Source: Cycas panzhihuaensis (Eukaryota; Plantae; Cycadophyta). From it: a stretch of DNA of 64,000 nucleotides. The notes under the pieces are model-generated. The model was not told the DNA's origin and ran no database searches. It saw nothing but the letters and a program-made list of their open reading frames with translations. Both the position numbers and the translations under genes were made by a program. Shown here piece by piece: positions 52,446 through 64,000 of the stretch. Each line of letters starts with the position of its first letter. The first letter of the stretch is position 1. The stretch lies in assembly GCA_023213395.1 (NCBI GenBank), contig CM041465.1, positions 195,121,741 through 195,185,740 of the forward strand, written 5' to 3'.

Positions 52446-55400
52446 ATGTTGTCCCAGTTCAAACAAAATGTTAATTGCATTCTCAAAGGAAAGGAAAACT
52501 GGGATATGTGGTTCACATGTGTTAAAAATACTGCCAAATATGAGGGACTTTGGCAAGATCACTTGGAACTCACACCAATTGTTCCTGCCACTACAACAAC
52601 AACCACTTCTGCAGAAACACCTCCAACCAAACGATAACGAGAATTAGACAATGACAAAATATGTGTTGTGTTCTACTTGTTACAGACTACTCCTTGCACA
52701 ACTTGATTAATGAAGCAGTACATGATACCGTTTAGAAGGTCCTTGAAGTTCTTAAGAAGAACTTTGATACCTAATCAGACCTTGAATTTGTTCATCTAGT
52801 GCTGAAGATGAACAAGCTAAAGATGTAAAAAGGGCACAGAGCAGAAACAATCAACATCCTTCGACCCATAAAATAGGTCATGGATAAGGACTTCAAAACC
52901 CAATGCATTGCTTGGGCCTTTTTAATTCAATTGTGTCTCAATGTTCCATATTACAAGAATCTTCTTAGCAATCTTTAGTCCAGTGGCACACTAAAGACCT
53001 TGAACTTTGAAGCACTCATTGAGAAGTTTACTAAATTTGATAAAACCTTTGATAAAAACTTCGCCTCATCAGATCCCACTCTAGATGCAGCGTTCGATGT
53101 AAATGAAGAAGTTTGTTACACCAAAAATCAAGGTTCCTCCCACGGTAGAGGCAATCCTCGCGACAGAGGAAGAGGCAGATCATAAGGACAACAGAATTCC
53201 CAAACTCAGCAGAAAATGTTTCAAAACCAAAGTCAAAATTATTACACTAAATAAAGCTCTAGTAATCAAAGACAATGTAACCAACCTAGTACTTCTCAAG
53301 GGACTCGAAATCAAATTATAGTGTGCCAGAGGTGTAACAGAAAAGGACACCTCGCTAAGTTTTGCAAAACTTCAGTTCACAAATTGCCACATCATCAACT
53401 TCAGTTCACAAGTTGCCATATCATCAATAGCCCCATGGAGCTCACAATGTTGATAACACTTGTGAAGACATCTTTGATGGAGCTCAATTTGTACAAGCAC
53501 ACATAGAAAGAATTGGGGTATCCTTATCACACAATGCTGATGACCAATCCACTAAATATTTTGAGGCTCATTGTGGATACGCTACTTGTGAATTAAGTTC
53601 ACCCATGCCTCCACAATTGGGAGTTGCTAACAGCGTTGCTTCAAATACTTCAACATGGATCATGGACACTAGTGCCATGCAACACATGTCATGCCACCGT
53701 CACTATTTTCAAGACTTCAACTCTAAAGCATGTGGCGCTGTGCATATGGCTGATAAGTCATGTCAACCAGTCGAAGGAATTGGTTCAATATGCCTGAAAC
53801 TCCCAGGCCTACAAGATTTTCACATTAATTGATGTCTTGTATATTCCCAATCTCAAACAGAACCCGCTCTCATTGTCCACACTTGTATCCCATGGATTCA
53901 ACCTAAGTGTAACCGCCAATAATCAAACCCTCCAAGTCATACACCCTCCATCCAATGCTGTGGTCATGACTAGAAAGCTTGAAGGCAAACTTTTTTGTCT
54001 GACTGGCTCTGCATCTTCTGAAGCCAAATGTGCTGAAGCCTCTTGTGCTGACGAAGATTTCACATTCAATGCAACTGTGAATCCACATATGTTGCTCCAA
54101 GAAGCACTATTACATGCTTGCATAGGCCATGTTAAAATTGACAAATTAAGAGATCTTTATGCCACCCTAAAATATCTGCCCAAGTTCTCCTCTAAGCCCT
54201 TTAAATGTGAAGCTTGCATCATTGCAAAATCCGAATGGTAGCCATTCTCCCAAAGTCAGTGGAAGTCAAGCCAACCCTTACAATTGGTACACTCAAATAT
54301 TTGTAGACCAATGCCCATTCCATCTCTGAAGGGAAAATGGTACTACAACACCTTCATTGATGACTTCACCAGGAAAGTATAGGTGACTTTTCTAGACAAG
54401 AAAGTTGAGGCATTTTTTGTCTTTCAAGCATTCAAAGCCCATACTGAAAAAGAGTCAGGTTACAAGATCAAATGTATTTGGACAGATAATGGTGGTGAGT
54501 ACACCTCAAATGAGTTTGAAACATACTTGCGTCACCACAAGATCAGATATCAAATGACAGTTGCAGGTACACCCCAACAGAATGTAGTTGTTGAGTGCAT
54601 GAACAAAACAATTATGAATATGGTTTGAGTGATGTTGTTGTATAAGAATGTACCTACTTATTTATGGGTTGAAGCTATCTATACAGTTGTTTACTACATC
54701 AACATTGTCGTCCCATCAAAACTCGGCCCATGTCCAAATGAAAAGTGGTCTAGATAGACCCCCATTGTGCATCACTTCCGAATTTTTGACTCTACTTGTT
54801 ATGCTTATACTCTGGAAGAGCACAGAAACAAGCTCCAACCACACACTCTAAAAGGCATATTTGTCGAGTACCTTATGGACAAGAAGGGGTATAAGGTCTT
54901 TATACCTTCACAATGGAAGATCATCACCATTAGAGATGTGTTTACAGAAACTGAGGATCAACTACTCAAATTAGATTCTGGACACCTTCGCATTGATACA
55001 AGGATGGTCACCAACTTTGATGTACAAATTCTAAAATTTGGGCGGGGGGACACTCAAGAATTATTCAAAATATTGGAATCTAACAATAAAGCCTCAAAGG
55101 ATACAAGTTGTGACTCTCAACCGATGTGTGCACATCCAAGACCATCATTTGAGAACAACCAAGTTGACAAAGGCAAAGCCATAGCAGAAGAACAACCTTC
55201 TCCAACATCAATGGCTAACCCATCTTCTCCAACATCATCAACTTTCTCCCTACCAAACATTTCACATGATCCTTTTCAGGATCAAAACGAAGACCAAGAG
55301 GTTGTGGAAATAAAAACCTCATTCCCAACTCGAGATTTCGTAAAGCCTACTAGCTACACAAGGACATATGACCATATGAGGTATGTAAAACTGGCACTAG

Positions 55401-57010
55401 AAGTGCCCATAAAGAAAGGATGCACGAATCACTTTCCCTTGAGCTTGAACCAGCAAAATTACACCTTACTCTCAATGAAGAGCCCCTAACGTACCAAGAA
55501 ATTATAAAGCATGCAACTTGGAGAAATGCCATGAACAAAGAGTACCAATCTCTTATCAATAATGGTACATGGGAGCTCGTCAATCTACCACTTGGAAAAA
55601 AAGTAGTCTGAAACAAATGGATGTTCAAAAATAAGTATAGATTAGACGACACCCTAGAAAAACACAAGACAAAGCTGGTAGCAAAAGGATTCACGTAAAG
55701 GGAAGGCATTGATTACACTGAGGTCTTTGCACCTATGACCAAGTGGCCTATAATTAGAACTCTTGTAGCCTTAATAGCTCAACAAAGCTGGAAAATTCAC
55801 CAGCTTGATGTAAAGACCACATTTCTCAACGGAGACCTGGAAGAAGAAATTTACATAGCACAGCCAAAAGGCTTTGAGATTGTTGGTCAAGAGCATAAGG
55901 TTTGAAGGCTCAGAAAGTTTTTGTATAGCGTGAAACAAGCCCCTCAAAGTTGGTTTGCCAAGTTGTCTAACAGAATGAGACAACTTGGATACGAAGTACA
56001 CGACTACTAAGACATTGATGCAACATTGTTCATCAAGCGCCATAAAGACAAAGTCACATACCTCTTAATCTTTGTGAACAACATACTGGTAATGAGTAAT
56101 AGTGAACAAGACATTAACAAGTTGAAAAGGGACCTTGCAAAAACGTTCGAACTGTCTAACCTCCAATTGATGAAATACTACTTGGGAATTGAAGTGACTC
56201 AAAGGGATGGCAAAATCTCTCTCCCAAGAAAAGTACATCAACGATCTTCTAACAAAGTTTCAGTTGAAAGATGCTCAAACAATGGCAACACCAAGGGAAC
56301 CAATTGCCAAACTTACAATTGATGGTGACACTTGGGAGGCAGATGCAACACTCTATAGGCAACTTGTAGGTAGCCTCATTTATACTATCAACACCAGGCC
56401 AGATATTGCTCACTCAATTGGTATTCTTGCATGATACATAACAACTCCAAAGTAGAACCATTGCCAAGCAGTAATACTAGTGTTGAAGTGCCTAAAGACG
56501 ACCAATAAATATGGTCTGTTGTATGAACCAAATGCTGAATTCAAACTTCTTACATACACGGACTTAGACTTTGCTAGAGACAAAGACACAGGGAGATCCA
56601 CATTCGAGTACATAATGTTTCTTGGAATAGCACCAATTTCATGGCGATCAAGATGGCAAAAGATAGTTGCAGACTCAACTGTTGAAACCAAATATATTGT
56701 TGCTTCTAAGACCAACAAAAAGGTGATATGGCTTAAACATATTGAATATCACCCAAACAAGTCCTACCAGCTTACATGTGGATAATCAGTCTAGAATCCA
56801 TATGGCTAAGAATCCTATATTTTATGATCGTACCAAACACATAAGTACAAAAGTCCACAGAATTAGGGAACTGGTTCATAACAACATAATATAATTGGAG
56901 CATTGTCCAACGACATATTAAATTGTCAACATCTTCACCAAACCATTGCAAAGGGTGAAGTTCGAATAGTTCTGAAAGCAGCTCGGCCTTAATGCCTCCA
57001 TCTCCTCATG
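52446..57010 (+). pseudogene. Copia gag-pol of element H, disrupted
   Basis: Gag LKGKENWDMW, zinc knuckle CQRCNRKGHLAKFC (53321-), PR WIMDTSAMQHM (53655-), INT FIDDFTRK / TDNGGEY / TPQQN, RT NGTWELV / HQLDVKTTFLNG, RH KNPIFYDRTKH. Confidence 0.93.
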
Positions 57011-57450
57011 ACTTTAAGAGGAGACACAGAAATAACATACTTTGTCCCATTCGTGAAAAAACCTTGTGGGCAGAAAAGGACAAGAGTAAGTCTCTGCTCT
57101 ATCCCATTTGCGAAAACCTCTAGTGGACGCGGAAGGATAAGGGTTGTACCAGTTTTGGAAAGTCGAAACCTGTGAAAACCTGAAAGGGCATGGGGGATGA
57201 CCAAACGATATATGGAGACTCAGCAGACCAAAACTGCACAATTCAATCGGCATAATTAGCTATCTGGCTACATTCAAAGAGTCACTTGAGCCAGAGTCAT
57301 TAGAATAGAAAATCTGTGGGTTTTTCTTTCCCATGAGGGTTTTCCCACAAAAGTGTCCAATAATTTTCAATGTAATAAGAGGCTCAAATGAAGACCTCAT
57401 AGAATAGATTAGTATAGATCAAAATGACCTTCGACCATTAAGGGGGGGAA

Positions 57451-57802
57451 TGAAAGAGATTAATGTTACAAGGTCATTTAGATAGATTATTTAGATAAAA
57501 TAACTTTACATAAAGTAACTTAAGTGAAAGATATATTACATCACTTAAGTGAAATGCACATTAGGTGCATTTATATGTGATTTAATTGTAATTTTCTGTG
57601 AATGTCATTAGGCAGAAAAATCCTAACCCTAATGCACTCAATTATAAAAGATGAGGTCTCATAGAGGGTGATATACTTCTCACCTCCCATTCTTGATCTC
57701 TCCTTTGGTTCTTCAATTGTTACTCTCATTTCTTCTTGTCTCCATTGATTTGCCAATGTTGTAATGATTGTGATGAGACACTAAATCCCATCTTCCCTTT
57801 CA
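57451..57802 (+). repeat. 3' LTR of element H
   Basis: Lies after the PPT and is followed by TSD GACAT. Confidence 0.94.
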
Positions 57803-58115
57803 GACATATCATGCTACAAGTATTGCATCTGAAAAAGTTCCAGATTTGTTATTACTACCAAGTCATTTATGGTCAAACATTGAGTTTGAGGATTAGAATG
57901 AGATTGGGCAAATCAATAAAGATGTCAAGGAACAATAGTCATAAGATGAGGTGGTAACAACACTAGGACCCTTAATGATATTATAGGCAAAGAAGATGAT
58001 TGAAGCATTTGGAGTGACAATAGACCCATCAAATGAACGAATAGTTGGAAATTAGTATGACAATCATGCTCTTATGGTTAACACCATTTAGTTGGCAAAG
58101 CCCTAAGAATTCTCA

Positions 58116-58400
58116 GTGGGTGTTCATGAAGCAATTTGGTTGAAAGGAATATTGGATGTTCTTGATGTTCAAAGCATCAGAACGACTATCTTTATGGATA
58201 ATCCAAGTACTATTCGACTATCGAAGAACCCTGAGTTTCATGTTCAAACCAAACATATCGAGATACAACACCTCTACATTCGAGAAATGGTCAAAGCAAG
58301 GAAGTTGAATGTGTAATATTGACTGAGTGATAAACAATTGCTAGATATATTCGCAACGCCACTTCCTAAAGATCATTTCAGAAGAATTTATATTGGATTA
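58116..58400 (+). pseudogene. Element G RNase H remnant
   Basis: EAIWLKGIL...DNPSTIRLSKNPEFHVQTKHIEIQHLYIRE. Confidence 0.88.
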
Positions 58401-58542
58401 GGCCTACACGAGGTTTGCCCTTTAGGCCGGATGAATCTGCAAGGTCAACTCTCACTTGCCTTGAAGGTTATTAGATAGCAACATAAGATTGATCTGCAAC
58501 TATATGTTGAGTCCTAAATCCCACACTTGCATTAAAGAGAGA

Positions 58543-59044
58543 TGTTAGCAAGTGCAATTAAAGCTTAACACATGGCAAGAATTAATGTTTTATGTGGTCG
58601 TGAGAAGAATCAAAATATGAAGAGACAAAAGTATCAAAATTCAAAGGGGTACAAAGAATCAAGATATGAAGAGATGTGAATATCAAGCTGCGACGAGATA
58701 TGATGAAGAGTGACAAAACATGATGAAAAGTTACAATCTTGGTTGGACGCACCCTATCATATAAAAAGGATCTATGGTAGAGTTGAAAATTCATCGAATA
58801 AAATCCATTCAATCATCCAAGTTTCAATCATCTAGTGATCTGCAATGTAACTGTTGCCATTTCTAATCAATCGTCAATCTTTATCTTTCGTGTGTTTCTT
58901 CGCGAAAGGGTTTTGAACGTAAACCGATGTCTTCTGTGTGTTTGTTCTTCTGTTACATGATGTGTTTGCTATGCAAAAGATGCAAAGATTTGACATGAAT
59001 TCACATGACATTAGGACAAGCCTGGGCACATACGAATTCTCACA
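58543..59044 (+). repeat. 3' LTR of element G
   Basis: TGTTAGC...TTCTCACA, followed by TTTCT. Confidence 0.85.
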
Positions 59045-59049
59045 TTTCT

Positions 59050-62000
59050 CACCGTAAAGGAAAACTTATTAAGGTTCTGATTGACACTCTTATGTTAGAC
59101 CATCATCCAATATCCTTTATTCTGACTTGGGGGTAGTGAAAGGTTCAATGCACAAAGGCCATTCTTCAAACTAAATATTTCCCATCTGTCCTCATCCATA
59201 TGTATGGAGAGCATTAGACAGATTTGACATATAGTCCCCCTTACCCACAAGGAGAAAGAGATTGAATCATGTAGCAAGAGGAAGTGGTCATCGAAATAGC
59301 TCCTTTCTTAGAGGTTATGCTAAACAAGTGGCCTTAATTAGGAGAAGGATTTATAACAATGATTCCAAGAAGTTAGTGGAGGTGCACTCCAAGATGAAAG
59401 ATGATTCCTCTAATGAAATATTGCAAGAAGAAGATACTTGACTACAATATGATCCTAAAGTCTTCAAAATTAGAAAAACTAAAGGAGCAAGAATAAGGGC
59501 AAGGATTCACGAGATAAAGGAAGGTGACAAATGCTCTAAATTCTTCTTCCACTCTTTAAGGAAAAAACAAGCATTTGAAAAATCAATGCTCTACAGTTGC
59601 TAAGAGGGATGTCGTCATCTCTAGAGAATATCTCTAAGGAATTTGTTGAACATTTTACTCTAGTTTTTAAGGCACAACCTTTGCTCGAAAGAGGTTGAGG
59701 AGGCCTTGAATAAGTGTTTAGTATAGTGCTTGCCTCGAGTGTGGAGAGAATCTTAAGATGGTTCGATAAGGTTGGAAGAGGTATTCAATGCACTCCAGGA
59801 GATGGCAAATGAAAATTCCCTATGTCTGTATGTGTTTCCTTATGGGTGGGTTTTACAAAGCTACCTAAGAATTCAATGGCCATGCTCGCTTAAGAGATTT
59901 TCATGAGGCCATCAATGTTGGAATGTTAGGAGCATCAATCAACTAGGTCGCTATCAAGCATATCCCCTAGGGAGGTGACCCAAAACTCATCTCAAAGTGG
60001 AGAACTATTACACTTTTTAACATGTCATATAAAGTTTTTGCAAAGGTCCTCGCTAAAAGGCTTAGACAGATATTACCTGACATTCTGCGACTAGAATAGA
60101 TAAGTTTCATCAAAGGTTACTTCATTTTGGATAACATTATAGGTGTATGTGAAGGGATGGAATGGGCCTGAGCCTCTGGCCAAGATACCTTATTCTTGAA
60201 ACTAGATTTTAAAAAAGCATATGAGAGGATGGAATGGGGTTTCATTATCCATATGTTTGCAACTCTTGGTTTTTGAAGAAAATTTTTTTAGAGTGGTTCA
60301 AGTCCTCTTTATTGATGCATCTACATGTTTTTCAATTAATGGAGTGCTTCCTAGGCCAATAAGGCTAAAAAGATCTATTAGGCAATGTTACCCTCTAGCT
60401 CCATCTATTTTTGTTCTAGCAACTGATCCTCTGGGTTATTTGTTGCGTGATATGGTCAATAGAGGTCTACTCAAAGGGATTATCCTGCTAAGTGATTCCA
60501 ACGAGCAAATTATTAATGGCCATTTTGTTGATGATTCTTTCTTGACAATCAAGGCAAAGCCAGGCTATGTTAGCCAAGTGCTAGATGCAATTGACACATT
60601 TCATTTAGCCTCAGGGTCTGAACTATAGTGGTTAAAAAATGGCATGGTACCTCCAAACTTCAAGGGATAGACCAAACTAACTTAACCAATATGGTTAGGG
60701 ATCTATCAAAATAGGGGAGATTTTTTTTATTTTCAGAAATACCATTCAACTTTGGAGCATCGCTCAAAGAGATACGAGAATACATGTTAAACATGGTGGG
60801 GCAAAAACTAACTTTGTGGTCCTCCAAATTTTGGTCCTTGATAGGCAAATTTTTAATTTGCTCCAAAATTCAGGCTGCAATGCAGGTATTATTCACTGTG
60901 CTAGATGCCATCCAATGTAGCCTATGGCATGCTTGTAAAGATCTTCCGCTCCTTTCTATGATCCAATTGTAAAGGTCACAAAGGATTCAACTGACTTAAT
61001 TGGCAAATATGTTGTAGATCCAAGACAGAAAGCAAGCTAGGCCTTATTGATGTCAAACTTCAAGGAAAAGCTATCTATGTTAAATGGCTAGGGAAAGTGG
61101 TTGAAGGTGAAGAGATGTGGAAAATTTTAGTTTGACACAGTGTAGCTTAAGTTAGGCCATGTGGCATGAGTAAGTTCAAGTTAAGCACCAATGAAGCTCT
61201 AATTGCATATGTCCTAATGAAGGTGGCAAGCTCACCATTGCTCAAAGCGATTTGGAGGGTGTGGAAAGAGTGCAAAGAGTTGTTGAGCTTTCGTGGGGAT
61301 AAGCCACGAAGAGGGCTATCCTCTTGAAATCATACCATTCAACGGTCTCCATTATTGTGGCATGATAATTAATGCCTAGGATAGGTACCATGGTTCAAAT
61401 ATCAATGCACTTACAAAAGGGATTTGGCAATAATATCGTAATTATTTGATAAGACCAAGGCCTGACAAAGGTCATGGAATATTGTCATAAGGGAATTCAA
61501 TTTTAAAAACTCTAACAGATTTATTATCGAAGAGACATTGCGCCAATGTCTGATGGCACAAATCCCAAATTTGGCCATGGTGGGAAACAATAAATGGTGG
61601 CGAGACTAGGCCTGGAACCACTCAAAGGCCCTCACCAGATTTTCTACCTCATATCCATATGAAAATCTTTCCAGTTATGAAGCCATCTCTGACAAACTTA
61701 ACTGGATCAAGAGTATTTAGTATGGCAGGATGACGTGAAGGTGGAGATTTGAAAGGATGTAGCATGCTTCGTTAGAGCCTAAAAAAGCTTTTCACCTTTG
61801 GCCAAATCATGCATGATGGTATGGTTGTCAAGTTAAGGATGTCAAAGATCAACTACAATGTCCTGGCATGCATCTTCTATGCCCAGAAAGAGAGACTCAT
61901 CTGCCTCATTTAGCAATGTCCCTTTTGCCAAATCTGCACCACAGCTAGTCAACACTTTTGCCAAACTTGTCATCAACAAGCCCTTTGGTTGGAATGTAGC

Positions 62001-62200
62001 TCTACTTGGACATGGCCAAGCATTTTCTAGAACCTTCCATACAACATGGGAGATTTTAAGGATTGAGATTTTGTACTACATTTGGAAAATTAGGAATACT
62101 ATGTTTTTTAAACACAAAGCACCCATTGCATGTTTACAAATGAATTGTTTTTTACAATGATCAATGAATGTTCTTTGTAGATTAATGCCTAGGCCAGAAA
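59050..62200 (+). pseudogene. L1 ORF2 remainder (endonuclease end, RT, zf-RVT-like)
   Basis: EGDKCSKFFF, WRTITLFNMSYKVFAKVLAKRL, FLKLDFKKAY, SIRQCYPLAPSIF, HFVDDS, and YYIWKIRNTMFF (~62075). Confidence 0.88.
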
Positions 62201-62368
62201 GATCTAAATGGAGCAGTATGGGCTTTGATCGCCTCTTGACCTAAATGAATAACGGGGCTCCACTTCTTGTATTATCAACAAGGTTTCTTGAGAGACTGTA
62301 GTAGGTTACTCTCGAAGCTGCAACTGCAACAAGGATAGGAGGATTGAGAGAAAGCCCCCAAGGGATAG

Positions 62369-62422
62369 CAAACCCAAGGCAAAACCAACTAACAACAAAC
62401 CCAAGGCAAAACCAATTAACAA
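62369..62422. repeat. 27-bp tandem duplication near the LINE 3' end
   Basis: CAAACCCAAGGCAAAACCAAYTAACAA occurs twice. Confidence 0.9.
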
Positions 62423-62680
62423 CAAATGGTGGAATGCCCCTACGCTAGCCATAACCATTTTACCATCAAGAAATAATGATAGGTGGAACACTGAGAGAGC
62501 ATAGCAAGCACAAGGTGTGGATGGCTAGCAAACTGCTCCTACACACCCTAGAGAGAAGCCCAAGCAACAGGCACCCAGAAGCAATTCTTGGCCTTGCACA
62601 GGTTGCTTAATGATTTGTGGCTCACCGTGGTGGCTTTATGCCATATAATATGTTTGATACTTTGTTGTTATGATACTATG

Positions 62681-63095
62681 TGTGAGAGTATGTGTATATG
62701 CAGGTTGCAGGTCAGGTGTCAAGCCAACCAGAGGCAGAGACTTCTACACGTCAGGATCATGCACAAGGGGACTCGAACATTAGATATATCATGGGAAACT
62801 CCCGAGAGAGAAAACCCACCAACACAATGTTTGATATATTAAATATAAAATAATACAGAATGTTTGAGAGGTGAGATGGAGCACGAGAAGACGATGAGAT
62901 CACATTGATCTTGAGTTGATGATTGGAATACCAAGGAGGTATGAATAAATATACCTTGAAATGGTACCATGTATGGTCATGCCTCTTCATCATGTCTTTT
63001 TGCCAATGGACACATCCTTTTGCCACACCTACACACACTAATTAACCCTAATGAAGCATTAAGTTATAGTTAACCTAAGTTAACTATCGCTAACA
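62681..63095 (-). mobile_element. Solo LTR (Copia-type, G-like termini)
   Basis: TG...CA flanked by a perfect TSD CTATG (62676-62680, 63096-63100). Minus-strand termini TGTTAGC...CTCTCACA resemble the G LTR. No adjacent PBS or PPT. Confidence 0.85.
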
Positions 63096-63798
63096 CTATG
63101 TATTGTTTTCAACCAAGGTTGCAGGCCACACTTTGTAATCCCGAGATTGTAATTGCCTCCCCTCATCATAATGTCAGTGCCATAGGGCAGAGCTACCAGG
63201 CCACTTCACTCACCATTTTTGTTGCATAGCATGTGATATTTCCAATTTAATGATATCATATTTTCAACAAAATGAAATTGAAATTTAAGAGTCTCTACTA
63301 GAGACAAGGACTAGCAAGGCACTGTACTAATTTCTGACAAGCTGAGTAATAGGTTTCCACTTCCTTGACCCCATACGTGCTGTGAAAGGCAAAGTGTTGG
63401 CAGAAGTTGCCTATGGTGTTCTAAATTGACCAAGACGGTATCCAAATCAGGTAGGTGACACTTATACAGCAAATAAGAATTATACTCATATTCAACGCCA
63501 AATAAACACATATTGGATGTTGGAGCAACTGCCAAATAAAATAGCCTGCAAGACGCATCCCATGCTACAACACCTCCCAGGATGAAACAAGGAAAAAAAA
63601 TAGTAGAAAAATGAACAACATCATAGCATTGGAAACAAATATGCCTTGTTCAATTGAATGTATCAGTTACTATATGCTTATAAATGGAAAAATACAATCT
63701 GATATTTTAATACACCTTGACGAGTTCATAGAAAAAGATTTAAAGAAAAACATGCCAATCGTGAAAAGAAACTTTGCATCAAGAATCACATCGTGCAT

Positions 63799-63870
63799 TT
63801 AAGCGATTATACAACCCTTGTGCTCTTGAAAAAGCCCACTCCTTGAAAATAAATACCATATGTGCTTCCT
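63799..63870 (-). CDS. Putative terminal coding exon of a host gene, RKHIWYLFSRSGLFQEHKGCIIA* (C-terminal CaaX); product unknown
   Basis: Branch-point-like GCTGAC, pyrimidine tract and TTGCAG acceptor precede it. The phase-0 frame ends CIIA-stop and is followed by non-TE, T-rich 3'UTR-like sequence. The other two frames are also briefly open. Confidence 0.5.
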   Translation of the reverse strand, partial: RKHIWYLFSRSGLFQEHKGCIIA

Positions 63871-64000
63871 CTGCAAGAACAGGACCAATGACAGTGGAAA
63901 ATGATGCTTGCAGGTCAGCTATAAAGGAAAGAAGTTACAAGGCAATGCTAAGCTTTAATCCTATTTTAGCGATACCATGAACCAATTAAACATTGCCTGC

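Larger units (their letters stand above)
50203..57802 (+). mobile_element. Full-length-structure Ty1/copia element H nested in G
   Basis: 352-bp LTRs 50203-50554 / 57451-57802, TSD GACAC/GACAT, PBS TGGTATCAAAG 50557-50567, PPT ATTAAGGGGGGGAA 57437-57450. Confidence 0.94.
46832..59044 (+). mobile_element. Internally deleted Ty1/copia element G (about 4.6 kb without H; most of gag and all of RT absent)
   Basis: LTRs 46832-47340 / 58543-59044, TSD TTTCC/TTTCT, decayed PBS at 47341, PPT ATTAAAGAGAGA before 58543. Coding remnants: gag start LNGNNFNEWK (~48880), PR tail 49001-49250, INT 49330-50190, RH 58116-58400. Confidence 0.85.
44940..62620 (+). mobile_element. Degenerate L1-clade LINE (about 5.5 kb without inserts), split by G/H
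   Basis: ORF1-like region ~45037-46150. Endonuclease motifs DVMCLQEVK, NIYAPN and YGDLNMIE (46150-46831) resume with LDHHPI (~59095). RT and zf-RVT-like regions follow. Ends are approximate. Confidence 0.85.

Noticed and set aside
63311-63535. 74-aa minus-strand ORF as a gene
   Set aside because: It has a non-ATG start and no recognisable motif, and it lies downstream of the putative stop at 63799, so it is probably 3'UTR.

Overview
AT-rich land-plant nuclear DNA made almost entirely of decayed retroelements, with no intact transposon ORF, rRNA, tRNA or CRISPR. The gag and L1 types hint at a non-angiosperm, but this cannot be established here. Paired LTRs, tRNA primer-binding sites (PBS), polypurine tracts (PPT) and 5-bp target-site duplications (TSD) allow the structure to be reconstructed. 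(i) 1-4407 is an Athila-like Ty3/gypsy remnant (-), followed by a Copia RNase H fragment. (ii) Nest 1 is Copia A (5387-38876, -, TSD CTTAT). It contains non-autonomous element B (10473-36753, +, TSD ACATT), which contains Copia C (11131-20367, -, ATATT), chromovirus D (20538-26946, -, GATCC) and B's relative E (27504-32906, +, GTTAT). (iii) Non-autonomous element F (39438-43258, -) is inserted in an old L1 RT. (iv) Nest 2 is an L1 LINE (~44940-62620, +) split in its endonuclease by RT-less Copia G (46832-59044, +), which contains Copia H (50203-57802, +). (v) A solo LTR (62681-63095) and a probable terminal host exon ending in CaaX (63799-63870, -) close the window. The most notable signals are a TAGCC-TAGCC-GGTCAC/GTGACC module in the sense strand of five elements, a non-autonomous family (B/E) sharing C's multi-kb leader but not its LTRs, duplicated or relic PBS and PPT signals suggesting LTR boundary migration, and highly structured GC islands before gag. 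All alignments and counts were done by eye.
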